Origin: Octopus sinensis
Lineage: Eukaryota
DNA: 64,000 nucleotides
Assembly: GCF_006345805.1 (NCBI RefSeq)
Contig: NC_042999.1
Coordinates: 10,974,001 to 11,038,000 of the forward strand
Reading direction: 5' to 3'
The notes under the pieces were generated by a model. The model was not told where the DNA came from. It did no database searches and worked only from the letters and a program-made list of their open reading frames with translations. This document shows, in pieces, positions 1 to 12,526 of this stretch (the stretch's first letter is position 1; each line of letters begins with the position of its first letter). Both the position numbers and the translations under genes were made by a program.

Positions 1-197
1 GATTACGTACAGCCAGATGTCATTCTTATCGCCGATCCATTCCAAGTAAGGTAATATTCCACCATGCCTAGACATGATTATGTGGAAGATTGGAAACAAA
101 TAATATGTCTTGCATGACAGAGACACTCGTTTACAACTACTGCCTGATGTCAAGACAAAGAGAGAAAAACAAACACACACACACACATATATATATA

Positions 198-482
198 TCA
201 TCATCATCGTTTAATGTCCGTTCTCCATGCTAGCATGGGTTGGACGGTTCGACCGGGGATCTGGGAAGCCAGAAGGCTGCACCAGGCTCCAGTCTTATCT
301 GGCAATGTTTCTACAGCTGGATGCCCTTCCTAACGCCAACCACTCCGTGAGTGTAGTGGGTGCTTTTTACGTGCCACCTGCACAGGTGCCAGGCGGGGCT
401 GGCAATGGCCACGGTCGGATTGGTGTATTTTATGTGCCACCGGCATGGAAGCCAGTCGAGGCGGTGCTGGCATCGGCCACGA
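198..482 (-). mobile_element. SINE family A (RTE-type 3' tail ...ggacgttaaacgatgatgat)
   Basis: The reverse complement ends in catgctagcatggagaacggacattaaacgatgatgatga. The same ~200-bp core (ggcgttaggaagggcatccagctgtagaaac) recurs more than 12 times in the window. Confidence 0.9.
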
Positions 483-3400
483 GTATATATATATATATGT
501 GTGTGTGTGTACGTACATATGCATATGAATGGATGTGTGTATGTATGTGTATATATGATACTCACACACAGATACCTACTTACATGCATACATATATATT
601 GTGAGGTTCTTTCAGTTTCCATCTACCAAATCTACTCCTAATGATTTGGTTGGCCCAGGGCTATAGTTGAAAACATTCAAGGTGTCTATCCTGTGTGTGT
701 GTGTGTGAGTGCATGTGTGTGTGTGTACACCTTTTATTTGTTTGTCATTAAACTAAAGCCATGTAATGTAGGGGTTTTAGTCGAATGAATCAACCCCAGT
801 ATTTACTTTTTAGAGACCGGATATTTATTGAATCAGTTTTTCATTGCACCACTAAGTCATGGGGACACAAGCCAAGAAGAGGTGATGGGGGACAAACACA
901 GGCAAAAAGACACACACACAGCCTTCTCTCAGTTTCAATCTACCAAATCCATTCACAAAGCTTTGGTTCAGGGATAGAGTGTGATTGAGTAGCAAACTTC
1001 TTAACACACACACACACACACATATATATATACCAACGCATGTGCATACATGTACATATGTATGTATGTATGTGAATATGTTATCCTTTATTTGAAAAGA
1101 AAGTGTCATTAAAGGTAAGCATGGAAAAATGAACTAAAACAATAGAAAAAAGATGAGAGAGGGACAGAGATAGAAAGAGAGAGAGAGAGACTGTTGAAGT
1201 AAACTTAGGTTATGATAAAAATTTGTACAGCAATTCCAAAACAAAACCTTATTCTTTAGTTCACTTGCATTTAACATCTGAACATCACTCACTGCAACTC
1301 TGTTATTTTGGTCCCTTACAAGCATGACACACGCATTGCATTTTATTAGAAGATTGTTAGGGATGTTACATAATCTATTTCATAGTTATACAAATTTCTC
1401 ACACACATTTTAAATGATGTTGTGGCATCGAACAACAAACAGAATCTGATTATAGAGTTCTGTACATATAAAGCAATTGTATTTCATAGACTTCTAAACA
1501 TCTAAATCCTTCGCTTGTTCATTTATTCAATGCTTTCCTTATCAACAATAAAAAAAAAATACAAATTAAACTAAATTTTTAAAAATAAATAAAATCAAGC
1601 TTCATAATATGAACGGACAATTTTGAGCTTTTCTTCACAATATTTCCTGCATCCATTTGGATCACAATGTAGCATCATTAAAATTACATCAACGTTTAAG
1701 TGAATGTTTTTAACCCTCTTCATATGGGAGGGGGGGGCTCCTATTCTGAACAAAGAGAACAGATTATAGATTAAGAAATCAATCTTAATAACAGAATTAA
1801 ATTAAATATATATATATATATATAAAACCAACCTATTTAGCCTACTACCTTTTCATTGAAAACTCATACTGTCCAAGCTTTCATCTTGCAAATGATTCTT
1901 TCTTTCTTTCTATTACAGGTTTCAGCCATTGGGCTGTGGCCATGCTGGGCACCATCTTTAAGAATTTATTCAATTGTAACAATACAAATAGTGATTTCAT
2001 AAATATTTGTTGAACTACTAAATTACAGAACAGTAATACAACAGTACCAGTTTTTAGGCTTGCTTTAGATACAGACAAGGACACACACACACACACACAC
2101 ACAAACTCATACATTTAATAGGATTCTGCTCCCTTTGCATCCACCAAATACTGCTCAAGATAGCAGTCAAGCTCTGCAATGAACTCAAATCCAAAACTCT
2201 TTGGTTGCAAAGCAAAACACCTTAACCACACAACCGTACCTGCATATGATGTAAACAATGCTAAATACATTTTTGAACACTTAAAGGTTGGAAAGTGGTT
2301 GAATTTGCAATAATATTTTGTATAAAATGTAATCCATTGAGCTGAATTGTATACTCTTGCTCAAAATCGTACTTAAGAGAAAAAAGACAAAAAACACAAT
2401 CAGACGCATTTGCATATTTAAGAGTGGTGATTGGTTTGTTTCTTTGTGCAGCTCACAAAAAATTATGAAAGTGAAAAATCATTGCCTACAGGTTTCTTAT
2501 TCCCACTAATTTTGAACATTTCATTCTCTGCAATATTCCGGAAGAATTTTAGAAAGAAAGCATCCCGTATAAGGAGAACATTCAAAACGAACTCATTTGC
2601 TAGAATAGAAAACCTGGACATGGAACCACAATCTAAACAATATGTAATCAAAGACTGCCTGATTCTATGCAATATTTGATTCTATATTCCATTCTCTATG
2701 CTTGTTGATTTTGCAAATGATACTATTCGAAAATACTAGAAATTAAAATACAGCAATTGGAAAGAATACCAGTTTTTATTGCAAGATGAATGTAGGTAGA
2801 GTTATATGCTTCACTGAAAAAAAAAACTCATCATGCAAACAACTCAGACTGTGTTATTGAACAGAATTGGTAGAATATTGGACAAAATGTTTGGCAGTAT
2901 TTAGTAAGGACATTTTACATTCTAAGTTCAATTCCCACCAGAGTCAACATTATCCTTCTAGGATCATGAATGAGTACTGGGGTTGATATATTCACTCATA
3001 CCCTACTCCAAAACATTAGAAATCAATATTTCTAGATAAACCTGGTACCAACATCAGATTAGATCAAGCACCACTATTTCTTCCAATAAAAAAAAAATGA
3101 AAGAAAATAATGGTTTAATTTAAATGTCATTGTTTTCATTGTTGTTTAACTGTAGGTCAACCAGAGTGAGCAGCTCTCTGATCAAAGGCATTGCAGCTGT
3201 GACCATTCTGTCTTAAATCCCATGTATACAGGGAGTTCAGAACACATTATCCACAATGCCTTTTCTAAGACGTAGGGTGCAGTTTGAGAGAAATTTAGCA
3301 GCTATTTCTGGCAGCTTGACTGAATAGACTGATTTGTTTTCTCAGTCAGCACCCCCCTATTAAGGCTCCCTCACTGGTCTTTTTGTGTGTGTGTGTGTTA

Positions 3401-3634
3401 TAATTTCACAGGTAGATTTAACGATTGCTCTATTCATTAATGGATTCTTTTATTTATTTTATTATTGATGATGTTGCATATTGTAAATCCTCAAACCTAA
3501 ATAGAGAGAAGAAAGTATTATAGACTGTCTTAATGGCACAAGTTTAAACTTGACCACAAGACTTGTCAGACAGCCTGCATTAACAATCAATGAAGGAGGG
3601 AGCAACTGCCAAGCATACAGCCTTGCCTTTGGCT

Positions 3635-3850
3635 TAACCCTTTTGATAAACAACTCACCTGAGATTGACCCTCCTTATACAATGAAAACTTCCGGTTTTA
3701 AAGTGATCTAAATTAAAAATTTCTAGCTAATTCATGTAGCAAACATCAGTTTAATAATGGCAAAAGTTATTTTACTAAATCTGTCGCTATTTTCAAAATT
3801 AAGAAACAAAGGCAATGTATTTCTATAGAAATATGGTAACTAAAGGGTCA
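3635..3850. mobile_element. TTAA-flanked piggyBac-like MITE (family M1, ~220 bp)
   Basis: Starts ttaa-cccttttgata and ends ggtaactaaagggtca. The body matches copies near 29.8, 39.8, 45.0, 46.4-46.8, 47.5, 54.4, 55.1, 57.3, 61.7 and 62.2 kb. Confidence 0.7.
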
Positions 3851-5466
3851 GAATTTGTCATTGTAACATTTTTATAACAATAACTCATCTCACAACTTTA
3901 TACATTTAATTTGTTGCTGCTGCTGTTGCAAATAATCAATTTAAGAGACTAATATAGGAGGTGGGGTTCTAATTAAAACTGTCTGAAGTAGCACATATAT
4001 TGGGAGTCAGTGTTTCAACATTTTCCAACCATTCAAAATCAAATCTACTTCACAAGTGGCTTCTCTGTGAATTTATTTAAAAAGAAAACAAGAGAAATTA
4101 TTTATTCTTTGCTCCAGTTGTGGTTTGTGATTTTTTTTGATTTTTTAATTTTTTTTTTTTTAAGTGAAACCCTTTACAACAACTGAAAATGATAGACACA
4201 AATGACTTGATTACAACAAAATTCAAAACCTATTCAATGCTATGCTAGAATGAACTATCACCATTGTCAGCAACCAACAACTATACAGAATATTTTTCTT
4301 ATTCAGGACATGAGTATCCTCAAACAGGACCATTACAAGAACTGGAAGACATACACAAAAAATACCAGAATTAGTCTAATCATAAAAAAAAAAAACAAAT
4401 ATGCTAAAGCTAGGTTAATTATAGCCCAAATATCCCGCAGGGATTTATATACATTACATGAATTTCATTTTTCTACTAATTTGATTTGTTACAGATTACC
4501 AGTTTTCCAAGAATGTGTTCAAGCTTTTTAAAGCAAACATGATTCAGTAACAGATGATACAGCATCTCTGGTGATTTAACTTGTGGCTAAAAATAATAAT
4601 CCTGCATAATTTTTGAAACTTAAAAACATTTTGAAACAAAAATTTAATTTCTTTTACAGAAGCTAAATTAGGTTTTGTTAGGAAAATATACAGAATTTTA
4701 AAATTCTATTTAAGAAAGAAAAAAAATTTCAAATAATGTGGAGGGTTTATGTAGAGAAATAACTACTACCAGTATTCATTAAAAGTAATGAAAAATAAAC
4801 AATTTATATGAAGAAACTGGTTTTATATCAAACTGTAAGCCTTGAGTAATTAGTTATTCAGCCTAAGACTATTTGAATGAAGGCAGCATTATTTTGTTGA
4901 ACTGAGACATCTTAATGGTGCTGAAAAGAAATCAAGCATAGGTCATGCACTACGCATCTAAATTTAGCATTTTCTACAAAACCATTTACGAAATAAGTTT
5001 ATCCTCTATAAAAAGTATGCATTACTTCATTTAGAAATACAGCATTTTTTTGTCTTTCTCAGAAACATAAAATTAGTAATACCCAATAATTGAAAAATCA
5101 TTAAAAAAAATGCATTGCACAGAAAAGTTGCACTGCACTTCAACATAAAATGCAGATGTTCAATCAGCACAATTTGCACTTATTGATTTCAAACCAGAAA
5201 TATAGTTTGCTTCGTTCTGAGAGAGAAATTTGAGAAAATTTGCAGTAACAAATGAAAACTCCATTTAAAAAACTGCAGCTACAATGAATATCATCAGAAA
5301 AACATTATCTACAAAGAGGAGGAAAAAATAAGTCTTTATGCAACAACGAATCAATAGAGGTTTTTTTTCTTCTTCTTCTTAATGTTCAAAACAACGATTC
5401 TCTCTAACATAAATACAAATCCAAAAATAGGTATTTTATTGATAGTCTCTTTCTATAAAGCACCAG

Positions 5467-5505
5467 TCAGAAGTCATTCAACTGAAATTCAATCACACTG
5501 GTCTT
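5467..5505 (-). CDS. Candidate terminal coding exon of the minus-strand host gene (KTSVIEFQLNDF*)
   Basis: Acceptor ttcgctttaattattatag at 5506-5507. In phase 0 with the 5664-5690 exon (158-nt intron), followed by repeat-poor AT-rich sequence resembling a 3' UTR. An alternative acceptor near 5310 is also possible. Confidence 0.3.
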   Translation of the reverse strand, partial: KTSVIEFQLNDF

Positions 5506-5663
5506 CTATAATAATTAAAGCGAACAATAGAATTTTCAGAATAACTCCTTTTCTTTTCTTTTCTTTTCTTTTTATTTTTTCACACAAGAGAAATGGACAA
5601 AATGCAGATTACAATCTAGTTCATAATATTATTCCAGACAATTGACATTTAAAACGAACATAC

Positions 5664-5690
5664 CATCATTTTGTCTGGCTCCCTCACAAA
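5664..5690 (-). CDS. Candidate 27-nt microexon (FVREPDKMM in phase 0)
   Basis: Acceptor atcatatttgctcag, donor ATG|gtatgt, length a multiple of 3, open in two frames. Confidence 0.4.
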
Positions 5691-5972
5691 CTGAGCAAAT
5701 ATGATTGTTTTGTTTTTCATATGGAATGAAATAAACATCAAACACAACAAAAATATTTCAACAAACCATGGCAAAAGCAAAACAACATCTTTATTTCAAT
5801 CAGACCAAATTGAAACGGAGACATATTTTATTTTCAAGTAACAAGATAGAGACAAATACCAAAATATTAATTTTTAGGTTTTTAACAGCAATGAGATATA
5901 TATATATACATACATATATGAATAATAATAAATGTGAAATTCTGTCTGTCCAGGACCCCTGTCTCTCAGTCT

Positions 5973-7099
5973 ACATTTGCTATTCTTCTTTAGGGTCGTT
6001 GGTCCCTCTGAGTAGCACATTAGGTTGTCATTGAATACCAATTATCTGTCTCTGGCCAACCGGTATGCTTCTTCCCACGTAATGTTCAGTCTGCATAGGT
6101 CTTCTCTGTAGGTACCAACTCCATGTCTTCCTCAACCGGCCCCTTTTCCTTTTATCTTCCAGCAGCATCTAAGCCCATGCCTGTTTTAGCAAGCCTCTCC
6201 TCTCGCAGTCTTAGTATGTGTCCTGCCATTCTCGTTTGTTGTTCGCTTACAATTGCATGCAGGGGCCTTACTCTTGCTGCTTGGAGAATGGTTTCATTTG
6301 TCACTCTGTCTCAATAAGTGATTCATAGGATCTTTCTGAGGCACTGCTGAAGAAATACATTGAGTTGGCAAGCAATTTTTGCTGTCATCTTCCAGGTCTC
6401 AACTGCATACTGATATTGGCAGTATTGCTGTTTTGTACAGGCGAATCTTCAGCTCTCTCCTCATATTGTTGCCACACCAAATACAGCCGCTGCCTTGCAA
6501 TTCTGCAGCTAACATCTGTCTTTGCATCGCGATTGTTTGTCACTATGCTTCCCAGATACGTGAAGCTTGTAACTTCTTCAACTGGTTCTTGTCCAGCTTT
6601 CACTGGTCCAGCTTTCAACTTGTTTCGCAACTCGCATTACCTTCGATTTTAACTTCTGTTTCCCTTTCCATTTTGTTGTCATTTCTTGTAATGTTGGGCG
6701 ATTCTCTGCCAACAAGGCAATGTCATCTGCAGATCATGCTGCAAGCAAATATTCACACTGCACAACATCATAGAACAATGCATGGAAAACCAAGGACCAC
6801 TAATAATAAACTTCATTGACTTCGAAAAGGCATTTGACAGGGTGCATAAAGAGACCCTCTGGGAGATTACAGAAGTGCATGGAATACCAGACGATTACAT
6901 CAATCTGCTTAGCAGTTTCTACAACTCAAGTTGCTTCATTAAAACAGAGTATGGATACACAGGTTTCCTTAAGATCATCACTGCCTCCCATCACCAATAT
7001 TGTTTCTGATGGTCATCGATTTTATTATGCAAAGATCAATGGAGGGACCAGCTATAGGCATACCATGGATAGTGAGGGACCAGCTAACAGACATTTGCT
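5973..7099 (-). mobile_element. 5'-truncated RTE-clade LINE with 5' inversion (twin-priming structure)
   Basis: Minus strand 6731->5982 encodes ADDIALLA...VEEVTSFTYLGSIV...RMAGHILR to the element 3' end. Plus strand 6729->7095 encodes RSC..QIFTLHNIIEQC...FIDFEKAFDRVH...FLMVIDFIM...GIPW..QLTDI. Direct repeat acatttgct at 5973-5981 and 7091-7099. Confidence 0.85.
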
Positions 7100-7514
7100 C
7101 TACATAGATATATTATAACTTTCTGAAATCAGTATGATCCTGGGTTTGAAAATCTGCCCTTCATTTGGTTCTTGAACATCCAGCACTGGGATCCGATCTA
7201 AAAGCATTTGGGTTGTTATTTCCAGCAGGTAAAGCTTGGCTGATTCATTAATTTTACATCAAGATAAGAACTTTGGGATACATTGGCCAACACTTGGAAT
7301 TCAACTTGGGACTGCAACAATAGAATGATTGCATTACAGAATTAATTCTCATCCATCTTTAACCTCTGATCAAACACCACCAGGGCAGCATATAGTCATT
7401 ATAGATGTATTACAGTCATGCTATTTAGTTCTCTTTAGTTTGCAGCTGCACACCTAATTAGCCTTCCACAATAGCTAGCTTAAAAATCTGCACACAGAGA
7501 GGTTCTTAAGCTAG

Positions 7515-7525
7515 TATATATATAT

Positions 7526-7579
<54 letters not shown>
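7515..7579. repeat. (TA)n microsatellite, insertion site of the Tc1 element
   Basis: Near-perfect TA run that directly abuts the left TIR. Confidence 0.95.
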
Positions 7580-7582
<3 letters not shown>

Positions 7583-8824
7583 TGGTTGGACAAAATAATG
7601 GAAACACCTAGCTTCTCATAATTTTGAAATATCTGTAAAACCGTCAAAAGCTTGTTTACGTTTATGTTTTTTGATTTATTATTAGTGCTGCTTAATATGT
7701 TTTGCTAAAATTGCTGTTTCTTTTCAGATATCATCAGAAAAAGGTAGTTAAAATTCATTAAAATGACAGATCTATCAGACTTTCAAAGAGGTCAAATTGA
7801 TGGTGCTCGTATGGCAGGCGCTATCCTAACAAAAACAGACAAAATGTTTGGTGTATCAAGAAGTACTGTCTCAAAAGTATTGACAGCCTTTGAGAAAGAG
7901 GGGAAAACCTCCTTATCAAAATGAAAACTGCAGGAGAAAACCAAAACTTTCAGATAGGGACCGTCAGACTCTTACACAAATTGTTAGAAATTATCACAAA
8001 AGTACAGCTCAATGACCACATCAAGAACCCAGTTTCCACAAAAACTGTTCACCAGGAGCTGCACAAAACCAGATTTCATGGGAGGGCTGCAATCAGAAAA
8101 CTACTACTTTCAAAAACAAACATTGTAAAGCATTTAGAGTGGAGTAAAAACCTACAGAATTGGTCCCTAGAGCAGTGGAAGAATGTTATTTTCTGTGACA
8201 AGTCATCCTTTACTTTATTTCCAACCACCTGCCAAGTATGTGTGTGGAGACAGCCAAAAGAAGCATTTGATCCAGACTGTTTTCTTCCAACTGTTAAACA
8301 TGGAGGAGGATCTGTGATGATTTGGGGGCTATATCTTGGAAATTTGCCAGCCCAATGGCTTCCATTCATGGCAGAATTAATAGTTAAGACTATTTAAGCA
8401 TGTTATCTCATCAAATTCATCCTATGGTTGTGGAACTGTTTCTGGAGGGAAACGCAATCTTTCAGGATGATAATGCACCAATTCACACAGCTAAAGTTGT
8501 TAGTGAATGGCACAAGGAACATTCTAATGAAGTTGAACATCTTATCTGGCCACCACAGTCCCCAGATCTCAATATTATTGAACATTTATGGTGCATTTTA
8601 GAAAAACAAGTAAGGAGTCGATATCCTCCACCATCATCACTACAAGAACTGGAGACTGTTTTAGCTGAAGAACAGACAAAAATTCCTTTGGAAACAATTC
8701 AAATTTTGTACAAGTCCATACCTTGTAGATATCAAGCTATAATTACTGCCAAAAGCAGTTCTACCCCATATTAAAATTAATTTGTTTAAAATTTTAAGGT
8801 GTTTCCATTATTTTGTCCACCTCC

Positions 8825-8826
<2 letters not shown>
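7580..8826 (+). mobile_element. Tc1-like DNA transposon, near full length, inactive
   Basis: 30-bp TIRs at 7580-7609 and 8797-8826 (27/30 identical). The transposase remnant lies between them. Confidence 0.95.
7763..8774 (+). pseudogene. Tc1 DD34E transposase, frameshifted
   Basis: Motifs MTDLSDFQRGQI..AR (paired-like HTH), WKNVIFCDKSSF, GGGSVMIWG, FQDDNAPIH and WPPQSPDLNIIEHLW. At least two frameshifts, near 7920 and 8340-8400. Confidence 0.93.

Positions 8827-8914
<88 letters not shown>
8825..8914. repeat. Compound microsatellite (TG)n(TA)n(TAGA)n(GA)n
   Basis: Read directly from the sequence. Confidence 0.95.
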
Positions 8915-8916
<2 letters not shown>

Positions 8917-9180
8917 TGATAAAGCTATATTTCATTATCATTAATATCAAAAAGTATAATGCTTAAAAAGTATTAAATGTATTTTTCTCCTTTGTACCAT
9001 AACGAACAATAGAAGAACAAAGATTCGTAAGTAGGATTTATTTGACTATAGACTTTACTTCAGACATCATTGTAAGCGATTGCTTTTGTTATTTTGCAGC
9101 AGGATCCAGGGAACCTATAATCAATGGCTATCCAGCTAAGACCATCTCATCTTTAATTTAGACAGTGCACCTAGGACTAC

Positions 9181-9660
9181 ATCATCATCACCGTTTAACG
9201 TCCATTCTCCATACTAGCATGGATTGGACGGTTTGACTGGGGTATGGGAAGCCAGAAGGCTGCACCAGGCTCCAGTCTGATCTGGCAGTGTTTCTACAGC
9301 TGGATGCCCTTCCTAACGCCAACCACTCCATGAGTATAGTGGGTGCTTTTTATGTGCCAGGTGAGGCTGGCAACGGCCACGATCAGATTGGTGCTTTTTA
9401 CGTGCCACCGGCACGGAAGCCAGTCAAGGTGGCGCTGGCATCGGCCACGTTCGGATGGTGCTTTTTATGTGCCACCGGCACAGGGATCACAACTGCAGTT
9501 TCCATTGATTTTTGATGTTGGTGTACTTGACTCAATGGATCTCCTCAAGCACAGGGTTGAAACGGTGTTTCTTTACTTGCCACCTGCACAGGAATCAGTC
9601 CAGTGGCCCTGGCAACTGCCAGGTGCCAGTCATAGGATTGGTTCAATTTCGATTCCGATT
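9181..9660 (-). mobile_element. SINE family A, long form with several ~60-bp upstream modules
   Basis: RTE-type tail at 9181-9340. The motif ggtgcttttta(c/t)gtgccaccggcac repeats at about 9342, 9390, 9458 and (degenerate) 9565. Confidence 0.88.
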
Positions 9661-10499
9661 TACATTATCTAGTATGTCTATTGAAGATAGGGTGTGTTTT
9701 GAGGAAGATTAAGTTACTATTTCTTGTTGGTCAAGTAAATGTGTGTAGAGGCTCCCTCACTGGCTCAATAGCCTTCGATATATGTTCTGATATATATTAT
9801 TAGAACATTTAAAAGATAGGTGTGAATGGTAAATACTACCTACCCACTTTCCTTCTTCAATGCAAATGAGAACAACCCTGCTTCTATGACATAAACATGT
9901 ATAAACTTTATGTTTGAAAGTGATCTAAAAACTTTCTATCAAAATTGCATATCAATATCTATTCCAAACACCAATTTAATAATGACAAAGATATATACAG
10001 ACTGCTATTTTGAACTAATAATTTTTTTCTATCCAACCAGCTAACTGTGAGACTAGTGATGTGTTAATTACTGCTTCTCTATATCAGTAGAGGCTAAATA
10101 TGCCTTAGCATGTGATTGAGAGAGGATACTTACTACAAATGGTGCTCAAGAAGCAGTAATATATATTCAGCAATTCCAACACAGCTGCTTGACACTTTTT
10201 ATCTGCTGCTGATATATTTGTGTTGTTTAACATTATACATCAATACAATATGTTTTCTTGAGACAATTATTGCAGTTTTCAAACTCACAATAATATATCT
10301 GCATTGAGTATGATATACAGATTGCTATTTTGAAAGTATTCTTTAATAAAAAAAAAAATATGGTAATTAACGGATTTATACTTCGTACACTTAACTGGAG
10401 CAAATCCAAAACTATTCTTTCTATTGAGCAACCATGATTTCTACTGCTTAAGTCAAAGCAACAACAACAAAAAAACTTAATATTGGTAGAGAGAGAAAG

Positions 10500-10880
10500 A
10501 GTAAAGAGAGTGTGATTGAGAAGTTTGCTTCCCAACCACATGATTTTTAGGTCCAGCCCCAATGTGTGGCATTTTTGGCAAGTGTCTTCTACCATAGATC
10601 CTGGCCAACCAAAGCCTTGTGAATAGAGTTGGTAGAAGGAAACTGAAAGAAGCCCACTATGTGTGTGTGTGTCCTTGTGTTGACATGGTATGATAGTTGT
10701 AAACAAGTGACACTGTCACATAAACAATATCATATGAAAACATGTCTAGCCACAAGGAATATTACTTTGGTTGGAAACAAGTGAGAGTTGGCTATGGAAG
10801 GGCATCCATACAGAAAATCTGCCTCAATAAACTGTGTGTGACCTACGCAAGCAAAGAAAAGATGTTAAAATGATGAGGAG
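10500..10880 (+). mobile_element. Chimeric SINE: family B head (tRNA/CORE-like) plus family C RTE-type tail
   Basis: Head ...tggcatttttggcaagtgtcttctac...gaaactgaaagaagccc, then (TG)n, then tail ...ggaagggcatccata...gatgttaaaatgatga. Confidence 0.75.
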
Positions 10881-12051
10881 GAGAATTGTTTAATTTGTTT
10901 GAGTTCCGTACCATCTTCAAAACATCTATTTCCAACATACCAACAACAAAATTTTATTTTTTAAGCATTACTAATTAACATTACTCATCAAAAAAGATGA
11001 AATTTATATTTGTTTAACGAGTACAGATTAGATAATTAAAAATGTTAAAAATGTGTTTACATAGTCTCAGTGCTTCTTAGTTACAGAATGTCATCTCCCC
11101 ATCTGCAGATGTTATTTTGTAACTAACTACCATACAACTAAAGCTGTTAACATAGAACATCCTGAGTTTGTAGATTTAAGAAGTAAATAGTATTTAGATA
11201 ATTCATATACAATAACAATAATAACAATATTGAAACTGCTGTATATTTAAGCAAGTCTAATAATTTCTAAGAAGACTACGTGTCAAATACATGTCAGTCT
11301 CCAAAGATTTGTGAACAATTGTACTATATTAGTTAAAATACCTAAGTGTTCTTAATACACATGTAGTTTTTTTCTTCTTTATTTACTCCTTTTTAGCCTG
11401 TCACTCATTTTAGTCTAAATATTTAAGTACTGTAGAGTTCAGCAAATCAGCTTACTAATTTGTCATTCTAATGAGGTTAAATGAAAATAGACTATATTTG
11501 CAAACAAATAAAAAAAATTAAATTAGCTCTATTAGCAATAAGGAATATATATATATAGGCATGGCTGCATGTTTAAGAAGATCACTTCCAAACCATAAAA
11601 TTTCAGATTCACTCCCATTGCAAGGTACCTTGGAGAGGTGTCTTCTAATATAGTGCTGGGCAAATTAGCCAATTAAAACCTTTGTGAGAGTATTCAAGAG
11701 ATAGAGAGTGAAAGAAGCCCATTGTGTGTGTGTGTGTGACTTCATATTTCCCTCACATTCACTGGTTTGTAAACAATGCCTTCCTGATACTTATTTGCTT
11801 ACTGTCCACTACAAAAGTATTCCTGGGCTTCTTGGTGTTTTGACATGTTCAATGATCTTTGTAGAGAAAAAAGCTCAGTCATAGGCTGTTGTTTGTTTCC
11901 AGTTCTTCACGTGAAACATGTTCCGCTATACGATAGATAGGGAGATTGTAGAAAGTCTGGGGATAGGAAAGGCATCTGGCCTTAGAAAGTCTCTGTTCAA
12001 ACTTATTCTTGTCTGAAAGCATGGAACAAAATAGACATTAAAACAATGATA

Positions 12052-12200
12052 ATCTGTTGTGTTGGAGGAGAGTCATTCTCTTTTAGTGCCTTATAATTTA
12101 TAACACACACACACACACACACACACCGGTACAATTTCCACTCATTTATTTATTTGTTTTTCTAAAACTTATGTTGCATCTTGCAACCTTTTCAATAGTT
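12052..12200. mobile_element. Single-armed relative of the 63.6-63.8 kb foldback element
   Basis: gaggagagtcattctcttttagtgccttataatttataacacac...ccggtacaatttccactc matches the arm plus spacer of 63683-63780 in reverse complement. Confidence 0.7.
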
Positions 12201-12391
12201 GTTGACATATGATATGTGACTATGAGACAAATAAAAATTGCCAATCCCAAAAAGTTCCTCAATGCAAAAGAAACCAAATACTGAGCAATGAAGAAAGTAA
12301 GAATAAATGAGGAGATTCCCTGGATACATTAATACAATGTTTAATCCTTTTGATAGCAACCTACCGAAGACTGCTCTTGGCTCTATAATTT

Positions 12392-12526
12392 TACTCTTTA
12401 CTTGTTTTAGTCATTTGACTGTAGCCATGCTGGAGCACCGCCTTTAATCGAGCAACTCGACCCCGGGACTTATTCTTTTGTAAGCCCAGTACTTATTCTA
12501 TCGGTCTCTTTTGCCGAACCACTAAG
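12392..12526 (-). mobile_element. SINE family B 3' part
   Basis: Reverse complement of cttagcggttcggcaaaagagaccgatagaataagtact...aaatgactaaaacaagtaaagagt. Confidence 0.88.

Noticed and set aside
227-641. Overlapping ORFs of 79-125 aa (and similar at 9288-9712, 31339-31696, 32041-32704, 48024-48527)
   Set aside because: They lie wholly within SINE A copies and microsatellites, so they are artefactual open frames.
2463-2736. Protein-like minus-strand stretch behind a good acceptor
   Set aside because: All three frames from the acceptor hit stops within 25 codons and there is no donor support.
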